Below are positions 46,452 to 55,637 of a DNA stretch of 64,000 bases, in pieces. The notes under the pieces are model-generated. The model was not told the origin of the DNA. It made no database searches and saw only the letters and a list, made by a program, of their open reading frames with translations. The translations under genes were made by a program, and so were the position numbers. Positions within the stretch are counted from its first letter, which is position 1, and the number at the start of each line of letters is the position of its first letter. Source of the stretch: Simkania sp. GTDB taxonomy: Bacteria > Chlamydiota > Chlamydiia > Chlamydiales > Rhabdochlamydiaceae. The stretch spans positions 4,723 through 68,722 of the forward strand of contig JAGXTH010000021.1 of the NCBI GenBank assembly GCA_018333475.1, written 5' to 3'.

Positions 46452-47567
46452 GTGAACCGTCTTGGATTAACGTTTTTTATTCTCGTAGCACTGCTTGTCG
46501 CTGTTGGACTCATTATGGTGTTTAACACGACAGCGGCTGAAGCACTCGATCGTTTACAGGATCGTGGCACGCATTATGCTTTGATTAAGCAAATTACGTA
46601 TGCAGGAATGGGAGGGATAGGAGCTTGGGGCCTTTGGGTCTTGGGATATCGTACGATTCTCAATTTCAGCGGTTTTTTTCTCGGTTTTTTTACTTTACTT
46701 CTGATTCTTGTGTTTGTGCCTGGGATTGGGCAACAAATCAACGGAGCCTATCGGTGGCTTTCTTTATTTGGACACTCTTTTCAACCTTCGGAGTTTGTCA
46801 AATATCTTATTCCTATCTACTACATCCAGGCCATCACATCACATCAAAAGCCTATTAAGATGAAGGAATTTCTCGTTTTGCTGGCAACGCTTGCTGTTCC
46901 TATGAGCCTGATTTTGATCGAACCTGATAATGGTACGGTAGCTATCATTTTTAGTGCCCTTGTTGTTCTTTTCATTCTTACTAGAATACGATGGGTCTAC
47001 TGGGCTCTCCCCTTAATGATTTTGATGTGTTCTGGAGCTGTTGTGGCTTCAAGAATGCCTCATGTATCAGATCGTATTAGGATTTATCTACATCCAGAGC
47101 TTGATCTTAGGGGAAAGGGGCATCAACCCTACCAAGCTAAAATTGCTACAGGATCTGGGGGGCTGACTGGAAGAGGACTTGGAGAGAGTTTGCAAAAACT
47201 CAATTATCTGCCCGAAGCGCGTAGCGATTATATCGCAGCTATCTTTGCTGAAGAGTTTGGATTTCTTGGAGTGATCGGATTAATTTGTATTTATATGTTA
47301 CTAGGTTTTGTTGGATTCATGATGGCAATACGCGCTCCTGACCGAGAAGGAGTATTGCTCATAGCAATCTTGACTTACTTAATTTGTTTTCAAGCTTTTT
47401 TGAATCTTGGTGTAGTTTCAGGGTTGCTTCCAAGTAAAGGAACCAATTTGCCATTTTTTAGTCAGGGTGGTTCATCACTACTTGCCAATTTTATGGTCGT
47501 TTCGATTATTCTGAATGTCGCAAAATCGACTGTTAGGAGAGGCAATGCATCCATCATACAAGCGTAA
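46452..47567 (+). CDS. ftsW: SEDS-family peptidoglycan glycosyltransferase FtsW/RodA
   Basis: About 10 TM segments with QPSEFVKY, PEARSDYI and PFFSQGGSS motifs. GTG start. Confidence 0.88.
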   Translation: MNRLGLTFFILVALLVAVGLIMVFNTTAAEALDRLQDRGTHYALIKQITYAGMGGIGAWGLWVLGYRTILNFSGFFLGFFTLLLILVFVPGIGQQINGAYRWLSLFGHSFQPSEFVKYLIPIYYIQAITSHQKPIKMKEFLVLLATLAVPMSLILIEPDNGTVAIIFSALVVLFILTRIRWVYWALPLMILMCSGAVVASRMPHVSDRIRIYLHPELDLRGKGHQPYQAKIATGSGGLTGRGLGESLQKLNYLPEARSDYIAAIFAEEFGFLGVIGLICIYMLLGFVGFMMAIRAPDREGVLLIAILTYLICFQAFLNLGVVSGLLPSKGTNLPFFSQGGSSLLANFMVVSIILNVAKSTVRRGNASIIQA

Positions 47568-48687
47568 GATTGTCTTTGCCGTAGGCGGTACTGGCGGACA
47601 CCTGTTTCCAGCACAGGCATTAGCAAGAGAGTTGCGTAGCAATCAACTCGTTACACAGGTTCTTTTTATGGGGACGGGTTTGTCGAATAGTCGATATTTT
47701 TGCTCTCGAGAGTTCCCTTCAATCGATATTGAGAGTTCCGCTATTTTTGGTAAGCGGCTCACACACTTGTTCCCAGCTCTAAAGAAATTACTCAAGGGAA
47801 CTTGGAAGAGTGCTAGACATCTAAAAAAAGAAAAACCAGAAATAGTCGTCGGTTTTGGGAGTTTTCATGCTTTTCCAGTTCTTCTTGGAGCCCTGATCAA
47901 TCGCATTCCTATAGTCCTTTTTGAGTCCAACGTCATCCCGGGTAAAGTCGTACGGTATTTCTCTCGATTTGCAAAAGTGACAGCGGTGTATTTCAAGGAA
48001 GCAGGAGCGCACTTGAAGGGCGCTGTCGTTGAAACGGAAATGCCTATTTGGGATCGGGATCGCCTTGGTGACTCAAATCGTGAGGAGGCTGCAAAATACT
48101 TTGGATTACGCCCAGATCTTACAACATTGCTCGTCTTTGGAGGATCTCAGGGGGCGCGATCGATCAATCGACTATTCTGTGAAACAATGCAAGAATGGCC
48201 AGGTCGACCCTCATTTCAGGTGATTCATCTTACGGGGGATGTTGCCAGTTGCCATGACGCTTTATTGTGTTATCGGAAATTGGGAATCCCAGCCTTAGTT
48301 AAGGTATTCGAAGATAGAATGCCTTTGGCGTGGCGTATGGCGGATTTAGCACTTTGTAGATCAGGAGCTGCTACGATGGCTGAGTTGCTAGCGTATCGAG
48401 TTCCTTCCGTTTTAATACCATATCCTCATGCAGCCGATAATCATCAGATGCACAATGCTCAGGTATTTGTAAGGGAAATCGGAGGATCAATACTTCTTCC
48501 TGAAAGTTATCTAACTGTTGCGAACCTTTTGAAGGAACTTCAGGAGCTCATGAAAAATCGTGAAACATTATTGAAGAAAATGCGCGATTCTATTGTTAAT
48601 TTTCAAGAGCAGTCCAATAGACGTGCATTTCCTGTTATTCTCAAGGAGCTTTTGGATAAAACATGCATTACCATTTCATCGCCATAG
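47545..48687 (+). CDS. murG: Undecaprenyldiphospho-muramoylpentapeptide beta-N-acetylglucosaminyltransferase
   Basis: VGGTGGHLFPA N-terminal motif, GGSQGA, CRSGAATMAEL. The ATG at 47545 has an AGGAG about 8 nt upstream; the ORF track start at 47515 is less likely. Confidence 0.88.
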   Translation: MHPSYKRKIVFAVGGTGGHLFPAQALARELRSNQLVTQVLFMGTGLSNSRYFCSREFPSIDIESSAIFGKRLTHLFPALKKLLKGTWKSARHLKKEKPEIVVGFGSFHAFPVLLGALINRIPIVLFESNVIPGKVVRYFSRFAKVTAVYFKEAGAHLKGAVVETEMPIWDRDRLGDSNREEAAKYFGLRPDLTTLLVFGGSQGARSINRLFCETMQEWPGRPSFQVIHLTGDVASCHDALLCYRKLGIPALVKVFEDRMPLAWRMADLALCRSGAATMAELLAYRVPSVLIPYPHAADNHQMHNAQVFVREIGGSILLPESYLTVANLLKELQELMKNRETLLKKMRDSIVNFQEQSNRRAFPVILKELLDKTCITISSP

Positions 48688-50024
48688 GTGGCATAGGTAT
48701 GAGTGCGCTTGCGCGCATTGTACTTTCAAGAGGTTTTCCTGTAAGTGGAAGCGATCATCAAAGCAGTGCTATTACAGAAAGCCTTACTAAAGAAGGAGCT
48801 TATATTTCTATCGGGTATACTGCTGAAAATCTTCCAGAAGGGGCGATAGTTGTCTACAGCACAGCCGTTTTAAACAATAACCCAGAATTGTTGGCAGCTA
48901 AAGAACGGGGATTCACGATCATTCATCGCTCAGAGCTGCTAAGGCGGTTAATACAAGGAAAAAAGGGATTACTTGTTGCTGGTACGCATGGAAAAACAAC
49001 GACCTCTTCTTTATTAACGCATGTTCTTCACGAATGTGGTATGGCTCCTTCATATGCGATTGGTGGAATGATTCATTCTCTTGGGAATAATGGTGGGGAA
49101 GGCTTTGGAGACTACTTTATTGCAGAAGCATGCGAAAGTGATGGAACGTTTCTCGACTACCCAGGTTTTGGCGGGATCATCACGAATATTGATAAGGATC
49201 ATCTCGATTATTGGAAAACTGAAGAGGCTTTGGTCCAAGGTTTTCGGACGTTTATAGAAGGGATAACATCTAAGCAGCATATTTTATTTTGTGCTGATGA
49301 TGAAAGATTATCTAGGATGTCCCCACAAGGTATTTCCTATGGATTTAGTCGAAGGGCTATGGCACGCATTAGCCAGTATTCTCAACAAGGATGGACTCTT
49401 TTTTTTGATCTTGAATTTCAGGGTCGTACATTCAAAGATATCGAGGTTACGCTCATTGGTAGACACAATGTTCTTAATAGTAGTGCAGTGTTTGTTTTAG
49501 GTTTACAATTAGGAATATCTGAAACCTCTTTGCGTTCAGCCCTAAAAAGTTTTTGCGGAGTTGGAAGAAGGGTGGAGAAGAGAGGAGACGCAGGTGGAGT
49601 GACGATTTTTGATGACTATGGACATCATCCTGCTGAAATAGTGACGACGTTAGAGGCAATAAAAACCGCTATTGGAAAGCGTCGGTTGATCGCTGTATTT
49701 CAACCTCACCGCTATACGAGGACACGAGATTGTCTAGAGGGGTTTTCCGAAGCTTTTGTGCATGCTGACCTAATGTGTTTAACAGATATTTATTCAGCAG
49801 GAGAATTGCCCATCTCAGGGATCAATGTGGAAACACTTTTGGAGACAATACGATTGAAGCAAAGAGGGGAAGTTCTCTATATGCCACGTAAAAACATCTC
49901 TATTCAAATAAGGGGAATCCTTAAACAGGGAGATGTAGTTGTAACCATTGGAGCGGGAGACATCACAAAAGTGGGAGCTGAATTGCTTGAACAATTGCAA
50001 GAAACCATTGCAACGGTTAGTTAA
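48663..50024 (+). CDS. murC: UDP-N-acetylmuramate--L-alanine ligase (not fused to Ddl)
   Basis: HFIAIGGIGMSALA, VAGTHGKTTTSSL, DDYGHHPAE motifs. 453 aa, so only the MurC module is present. Confidence 0.9.
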   Translation: MHYHFIAIGGIGMSALARIVLSRGFPVSGSDHQSSAITESLTKEGAYISIGYTAENLPEGAIVVYSTAVLNNNPELLAAKERGFTIIHRSELLRRLIQGKKGLLVAGTHGKTTTSSLLTHVLHECGMAPSYAIGGMIHSLGNNGGEGFGDYFIAEACESDGTFLDYPGFGGIITNIDKDHLDYWKTEEALVQGFRTFIEGITSKQHILFCADDERLSRMSPQGISYGFSRRAMARISQYSQQGWTLFFDLEFQGRTFKDIEVTLIGRHNVLNSSAVFVLGLQLGISETSLRSALKSFCGVGRRVEKRGDAGGVTIFDDYGHHPAEIVTTLEAIKTAIGKRRLIAVFQPHRYTRTRDCLEGFSEAFVHADLMCLTDIYSAGELPISGINVETLLETIRLKQRGEVLYMPRKNISIQIRGILKQGDVVVTIGAGDITKVGAELLEQLQETIATVS

Positions 50025-50068
50025 TCTAGGCAATATGCCTTCAAAAAAATAATTCCTAAGGAAAAGTC

Positions 50069-50815
50069 TTGATAAAGGTAATAAAAATAATCCGTTCTTA
50101 TGGAATTGATGCGCCTAATGTCGTTCGGAATCTTTTCTTGTTTTCTCTAGTTGCGATGATTTTTGTGGCAGTATCATTTCAAATTGACAAGGCATTTTGG
50201 TTTTGGGCTGTGTTTCTTTATTCGAGTTGTCTGGCTCTTTGCTTATTCTGTGCAGGATGTTGGATGCTCTACGGCATCGTGATTGTCAAGCCTAAGATCG
50301 TTGCACGGTTAATTGATGAGCTGGATTTAAAGGGAAATGAAAAAATCCTTGATGTTGGATGTGGGAGAGGGATATTTCTCATAGAAATGGCAAAACACCT
50401 TCCTAATGGACAGGCTTGTGCCATCGATCTTTGGTTTTTGAAGGATCAATCCGGGAATGCGATCGAAAAGGCATTAGCTAACGCTCGAGCTGAGCAGTTA
50501 AACGATCGAATTGAAGTTCAAACAGCAGATATGCAGTCTCTTCCTTATTCTAATGAGACATTTGACGTGGTAGTTTCTAGTCTTTCCATTCATAACATTC
50601 CAAGTATTCACGGGAGAAATAAAGCTTTAGGTGAGATTCTGCGTGTTTTAAAACGTGGAGGAAGGTTTGTAGTCCTCGATATTCAACATGTGAAACAGTA
50701 TGCAGCATTCATCAACCAGACAAAAGAGGCTGAGGTCACTTGCTCTCCCTGTATCTATCGTTATTGTCCTCCGTTGAGAATCCTAAGGGGAAGAAAAAAT
50801 ACAGATAGTCTTTAA
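50069..50815 (+). CDS. Class I SAM-dependent methyltransferase with N-terminal TM segments
   Basis: ILDVGCGRGIF (motif I) and VVSSLSIHN / GGRFVVLD blocks. Non-ATG start as listed, so the exact start is uncertain. Confidence 0.7.
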   Translation: MIKVIKIIRSYGIDAPNVVRNLFLFSLVAMIFVAVSFQIDKAFWFWAVFLYSSCLALCLFCAGCWMLYGIVIVKPKIVARLIDELDLKGNEKILDVGCGRGIFLIEMAKHLPNGQACAIDLWFLKDQSGNAIEKALANARAEQLNDRIEVQTADMQSLPYSNETFDVVVSSLSIHNIPSIHGRNKALGEILRVLKRGGRFVVLDIQHVKQYAAFINQTKEAEVTCSPCIYRYCPPLRILRGRKNTDSL

Positions 50816-50820
50816 ATATT

Positions 50821-50970
50821 AGAGCTCTTTCGAAACTAAGCTTCATTCGATTTTGAGGTGTTTTTGAGTCTCTTTTCCTTGGGGTAATATTAACATTCGT
50901 ATATTACCCCAAGGAAAAGAGACTCAAAAACACCTCAAAATCGAATGAAGCTTAGTTTCGAAAGAGCTCT
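50821..50970. repeat. Perfect long palindrome: 70-bp arms (50821-50890 / 50901-50970), 10-nt loop; MITE/REP-like intergenic element
   Basis: I reverse-complemented the left arm base by base and it equals the right arm exactly. The element ends 3 nt before the ATG at 50974. Confidence 0.95.
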
Positions 50971-50973
50971 ATT

Positions 50974-51852
50974 ATGAAAAAATCACACCCCTCAAAAGTC
51001 TCCTTTATCAAAGCAGCCTATTGGATTACGGGTTCTGTGATAGCAGTAGCCACCATTGGATATACTTTAGTGAATAAAATTGTGACTGCAAGACGGGATC
51101 TAGACCAGGATCCAAGACAACGAATTGTAAGAATTATCCAGACAGGGCCTCAAAAAGAAGCGTTAAGCACTTTATATCTTTCAGAACTCATGCAGCTTTC
51201 CATAGATCGTCCCTTTACAATGCGTTCTTTTAATCTAAAACTTGCAGAAAAACGGTTGCGTAGTTCTCCAGTTGTGCAGGATGTAAAAATTTTTTTCGAT
51301 GGTCCAGGAACTGTTGCGGTGGATTATGAAGTAAGACAGCCCTCTGCATGGCTGTATGATTTTGTTAATATAGGTGTTGATATCAGTGGCGTCCCTTTTC
51401 CTATTTATCCATTTTACTCCCCCAAAAAACTGCCAGAGATTTACTTAGGGGAACCTTTACAGCTCATATGGAATCGGCCGATTGATCACCCAAAAATGCA
51501 GCTTAGTTTGTCTCTATTAGAGATGTTAGCTCCTGCGCCTTTTTTGATTAAAAGAATCGATGTTGGAGGGGCATTTGCAGAAAGCTATGGGAAAAAACAG
51601 ATTGTGCTTATCATCGAGGAACAATTCAAAATCTCTTATCAGGACAGGGAAATTCTATGTATTCTGCCTAGAATCCTTCGATTGAGCACAAAGGAATATC
51701 GGCAGGAACTTGGAAACTATCTCGTATTACGAGATGAGTTGTCATCATCCTTTGATCCGACACTAGCGGATTTCGATAGAGAAGAAAGAATTGCGCGTTT
51801 GCCTGAACAAGTCATCGATTTGAGGATAGCAGGCATGGCTTTTTTGAAATAA
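50974..51852 (+). CDS. FtsQ-like cell-division protein (single TM plus POTRA-like region)
   Basis: N-terminal TM helix and about 290 aa. Sits downstream of murC where ftsQ lies in dcw clusters. Sequence-level identification is weak. Confidence 0.5.
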   Translation: MKKSHPSKVSFIKAAYWITGSVIAVATIGYTLVNKIVTARRDLDQDPRQRIVRIIQTGPQKEALSTLYLSELMQLSIDRPFTMRSFNLKLAEKRLRSSPVVQDVKIFFDGPGTVAVDYEVRQPSAWLYDFVNIGVDISGVPFPIYPFYSPKKLPEIYLGEPLQLIWNRPIDHPKMQLSLSLLEMLAPAPFLIKRIDVGGAFAESYGKKQIVLIIEEQFKISYQDREILCILPRILRLSTKEYRQELGNYLVLRDELSSSFDPTLADFDREERIARLPEQVIDLRIAGMAFLK

Positions 51853-51866
51853 AAAACGCAGGGGTC

Positions 51867-52099
51867 ATGCCCGATGCTAGAGAAATAAGAGGGATTGCAG
51901 AGAAATTAGTTGTTTTAAAACTGATTGCATGTGCCAATATTCTTCCTAGCGTTGAGGCGATTGTTTATGAAAGGAAGTATTTCCTAAGCTAGACATTCAA
52001 AAATTTTGAAGAAGTTTACGCGTAGATATGGGAAACTCCGAGTGTTTAGAATGGCTCGAAGAATCGACAAAATGATTTTCTAAATATTGGGTTGAATGA
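51867..52099 (+). pseudogene. Decayed cutA-like (divalent-cation tolerance protein) remnant
   Basis: The 41-codon ORF MPDAREIRGIAEKLVVLKLIACANILPSVEAIVYERKYFLS* aligns with the E. coli CutA segment [38 protein letters not shown]. Downstream fragments WETPSV and KYWVE* lie in other frames and resemble the HPYxTPE and YLxWv C-terminal blocks. Confidence 0.45.
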
Positions 52100-52138
52100 T
52101 ATTTTTTTACCGCAAAGAGGCATAACACCACTACTTTT

Positions 52139-52429
52139 ATGAAAGAATTTATTGTATATCTCATTAAAAATTTAGTCGAAGATCCTGCAGATGTAGCTGT
52201 TGAAGTTATAGAAAAAGAGCAGGGAATGTTTGTAGAAGTTCGTGTCGCAAATAAAGACATTGCAAGGGTCGTTGGCAAGCAAGGTCGCACGATTAATGCT
52301 TTGCGTACGATTGCAATGACTGTAGGGGCTCGTTTTGGTCGAAGAGTTCGACTGGAGCTCTTGAGTGATCCTATCTCTAAACTGGTTGCTCCTGAATTGG
52401 TTACAGAAGAAAAAGGGGATTCCGTATGA
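52139..52429 (+). CDS. KH-domain RNA-binding protein (KhpA/YlqC-like)
   Basis: VGKQGRTINALRTI GxxG KH motif. About 96 aa. Confidence 0.8.
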   Translation: MKEFIVYLIKNLVEDPADVAVEVIEKEQGMFVEVRVANKDIARVVGKQGRTINALRTIAMTVGARFGRRVRLELLSDPISKLVAPELVTEEKGDSV

Positions 52430-52764
52430 ACCTAGTTCTGGAGGAGAAAAATGGGCATGCGATTCTTCGATTGGAAGGGAGAGTAGATGCGACGTCTGCT
52501 CCCTTGCTAGAAGAAAAAATTGATGAGTTGACTCACAAGGGCAACACTAAGTTACTTATTGATTTTACTCAGGTGGAGTATTTGAGTAGCGCTGGTATAA
52601 GATTCCTTCTTGCAGCGACCAAACGCTATAAATCTTCTGGAGGTATGCTTGTGATTTCTTCAGTAGGAGACGATGTGATGGAAATCATAAAAATGGCTGG
52701 ATTTGAAAAGATTCTTAGGATTTTTTCCAATGAAGAAAAGGCCTTGAAAGCATTGGTAGCGTGA
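52426..52764 (+). CDS. STAS-domain anti-sigma-factor antagonist (RsbV-like)
   Basis: 112 aa with the typical STAS layout (LEGRVDATSAP...IDFTQVEYLSSAGIRFL). Confidence 0.8.
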   Translation: MNLVLEEKNGHAILRLEGRVDATSAPLLEEKIDELTHKGNTKLLIDFTQVEYLSSAGIRFLLAATKRYKSSGGMLVISSVGDDVMEIIKMAGFEKILRIFSNEEKALKALVA

Positions 52765-52778
52765 TGGTGTGAGAAAGC

Positions 52779-53804
52779 GTGAATTCTCCCTTTTTTTGTG
52801 AAGAAAATGATAGTGGAGCCCTTGGCGTTATCCCTGCCCCTTTGAAAAAACGGTTAGGAGAGGCGAAGCGCAAGAAAAAAGTTCTCGTCATAGCAGGTCC
52901 AACTGCTGTGGGCAAGACTGCCGTATCATTACGGCTTGCAGAAATGCTTGGCGGACAGATCATTTCAGCAGATTCAATGCAAGTCTATCGAGGCATGGAT
53001 ATTGGAACAGCCAAGGTTTCCTTAGAAGAAAGGGCTCGCATTCCTCATTATCTTATCGATATTCGTAATATCAATGAGTCGTTCAACGTAGCACAGTTTT
53101 GTAATGAAGCTCATCGTGCGCTGCGGTTGATCCTTCAAGAAGGAGCAGCGCCTCTTGTTGTCGGAGGAACTGGTTTTTACATACGAGCTTTCATTTATGG
53201 GCCTCCTAGTGGCCCTCCCTCGGTACCTGGGGTACGTCAGAAAATCGAAATGGAGTTGGATCAGCTGGGGCCGGTTGCACTCTATGACAAACTAAAGACT
53301 CTGGATCCAGATTATGCATCTAGGATTACCGCATTTGATCGACATAAAATCGTGCGTGGTCTTGAGATTATTTCGATCACAGGGCTCAAGGTGACGGAGT
53401 TTACAGCCTGTTCCCCGGAGCAGACTGAAGAATATGATTTTCGTTGCTGGTTCCTTTATAAGCCCTTAGAGGTGCTTTATAAAACGATTGAAGAGCGATG
53501 CGATACAATGATTGAGAAGGGGCTTTTAAGTGAAATAAAAGGTCTTATTGCTAAGGGTCTAAGAGGAAACACATCTGCAATTCAAGCGATTGGGTATCGG
53601 CAGTGCGTCGAATTTTTAGATTCTGCTCAAACTCCAGAAGATTGGGCGCTATGTCTTCGCGAGTTTAAAAAGGCATCGCGTCATTATGCCCGTAGGCAGT
53701 TTACCTGGTTTCGTAGAGAACCTCTTTTTCGTTGGCTGGATATGTCTACGAGATCTATAGAAGATGCAGCGGAAATGATAGCGCAAGATTTTGAAGTTAA
53801 CTAA
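52779..53804 (+). CDS. miaA: tRNA dimethylallyltransferase
   Basis: VIAGPTAVGKTAVSLRLA P-loop, ISADSMQVYRGMDIGTAK, HYLID motifs. GTG start. Confidence 0.9.
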   Translation: MNSPFFCEENDSGALGVIPAPLKKRLGEAKRKKKVLVIAGPTAVGKTAVSLRLAEMLGGQIISADSMQVYRGMDIGTAKVSLEERARIPHYLIDIRNINESFNVAQFCNEAHRALRLILQEGAAPLVVGGTGFYIRAFIYGPPSGPPSVPGVRQKIEMELDQLGPVALYDKLKTLDPDYASRITAFDRHKIVRGLEIISITGLKVTEFTACSPEQTEEYDFRCWFLYKPLEVLYKTIEERCDTMIEKGLLSEIKGLIAKGLRGNTSAIQAIGYRQCVEFLDSAQTPEDWALCLREFKKASRHYARRQFTWFRREPLFRWLDMSTRSIEDAAEMIAQDFEVN

Positions 53805-54017
53805 TTTTTTTATACCCCTAGAATCTCTTCTCTTAAGATAAAACTGTTTATACAGCTGCAAGATCACCTCCTTAAACGTACAGAGAGCCACACTCTATTT
53901 TTTCTCTTGTACTTTAGCGTTCTTTATAGGTATCCTCTTCTGACCTGCCTGAAAAGATCGCTTGCATTATTGCAACCTCTTCGTTAGGGCTAACTTGTAG
54001 AGGGTTCAATAAAAGCC

Positions 54018-55637
54018 ATGGACATAGACGAAAATATTTCTCAGACTAAGCAAGAAACACGAGCATCATCTTCAAAGCCTCCGCAAAAAGCACTTTCCGA
54101 GGCCGCACAAGGGGTTCTTAAGCAAATAGAGGCTCTCTCCACTTCAGAGGAAAAGATTCGAATAGCTTTGGAATTTATGAGAAATTCCTTATCTCAATCT
54201 GGAACTCCCCGTTTTAAGGATTTTTGGGATATACGCGGTCTTTGTCTGCCGCTGTTTAAAACAGCAATGAATCAAGTGCTTAGAACTGAGTTGTGGGCAG
54301 CATATATAGAAATTTCCATGGAAGCTAGACGGCTTAAGGAGATTTTAGATGAACAATCAGCTTTTGCTGTCGAACAAATCGAGCTAGCAATTGTGGCTTT
54401 AGAAAAAGATCTTACGGACTATGACCTGCTTATTCAAAATGTGACGCTACCTGACTTTGCTGAAAATAGCGTGACTATGCGCTCGCGTTGCGATATCTAT
54501 GAAAACATGCAGAGAGAGCTCAATTTATTGAATGCTTTAGCTTCTCGCGTTAATTCATTACGTAAAGAAGTTATAAGAACAGATATGAGGATCAAGACAC
54601 GTAGCAAGTTCTTTGATCGACTCTCAACCTTGGGCGATCATATATTCCCTCGTCGCAAGGAAATGATTAAGGAAATTTCTGAGCAGTTTGTTGCAGATGT
54701 AGACCACTTTGTGCAATCTCATTTCTCTCAGGAAGAAGACCGTAAAAGTCCTCCATTCTATGTGCTTCGCGAAGAAATCAAGGCTTTGCAAGGCGTTGCC
54801 AAAGAGCTAACTCTTAGTACGCATGCTTTCAATGTTACTCGAGAACAGCTAAGCCAATGTTGGGATCGTTTAAGAGAGAAAGACAAGAAGCGCAAAGAGG
54901 AAATGGCCCATAAGAGAGTAGCTTTCCAAGAAAATGCGCAACTGGTCAAAGAAAAGATTGCGGCATTAACTTCTTTGTTAGAAGGAGAGGGAATGACGTT
55001 AGATCAGGCCAGAATAGAGGCTCAAGGGATCTACGATTTTATGCGAACAGTGGAACTCGGTAAGGAAGATATCAACAGTCTTAAAGATGAAGTGCGTGCT
55101 CTACTGCATCCATTGGAAAATAAAATCAAATCAGAAGAGACGGAGCGCTTAAGGGTCTTAGAAGAGCAAGTAAGGCTTAAACAAGAGAGAATTAACAGCC
55201 TTTTTGAGCAGATGCAGCAGCTGGAGTCTCTCATTGCAACACAAGATATGCAAATCTCCCTTGCTAAAAAAGCAGAGATTGAGGATTTGTTTGTTAAAGA
55301 GAGTCCGGGGCGACATGAGAGGATGCGTTTTGATACGATGCAGCGTCGTATCAAGGATCAAATTGCAGATAAAAGAGCCGCATCATTGCTTAATCTCTCA
55401 GCAAAAGGTCAGCAAGCCCTTGAAGAGTTAAAAAATGCTCTGAAGGAACGTGTTGAGATGCGGGAGGAGATTCGACAGAATCTTGAAAATTACCGTAAAT
55501 CATTGGGAAGTTCTGGATTTGACTTTGAAAAAGCTATGGCAGTTCGAGAGATTATCGACAGGGAAAAAGAGCGTTTAGCCAAGTTAAATACTTCGATACA
55601 GGATCTCGAAGAGAAAATTCATGAGTTTGAGGAGTGA
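54018..55637 (+). CDS. Hypothetical coiled-coil protein
   Basis: 539-aa charged heptad-rich ORF. No enzyme motif. Confidence 0.6.
   Translation: MDIDENISQTKQETRASSSKPPQKALSEAAQGVLKQIEALSTSEEKIRIALEFMRNSLSQSGTPRFKDFWDIRGLCLPLFKTAMNQVLRTELWAAYIEISMEARRLKEILDEQSAFAVEQIELAIVALEKDLTDYDLLIQNVTLPDFAENSVTMRSRCDIYENMQRELNLLNALASRVNSLRKEVIRTDMRIKTRSKFFDRLSTLGDHIFPRRKEMIKEISEQFVADVDHFVQSHFSQEEDRKSPPFYVLREEIKALQGVAKELTLSTHAFNVTREQLSQCWDRLREKDKKRKEEMAHKRVAFQENAQLVKEKIAALTSLLEGEGMTLDQARIEAQGIYDFMRTVELGKEDINSLKDEVRALLHPLENKIKSEETERLRVLEEQVRLKQERINSLFEQMQQLESLIATQDMQISLAKKAEIEDLFVKESPGRHERMRFDTMQRRIKDQIADKRAASLLNLSAKGQQALEELKNALKERVEMREEIRQNLENYRKSLGSSGFDFEKAMAVREIIDREKERLAKLNTSIQDLEEKIHEFEE

Noticed and set aside
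53649-53891. The 80-aa minus-strand ORF antisense to the miaA 3' end as a confident CDS
   Set aside because: A highly basic, antisense-type composition and a 155-nt overlap with a well-supported gene argue against it. Only the striking SD-like 13-mer is reported, as a finding, and I make no CDS call.
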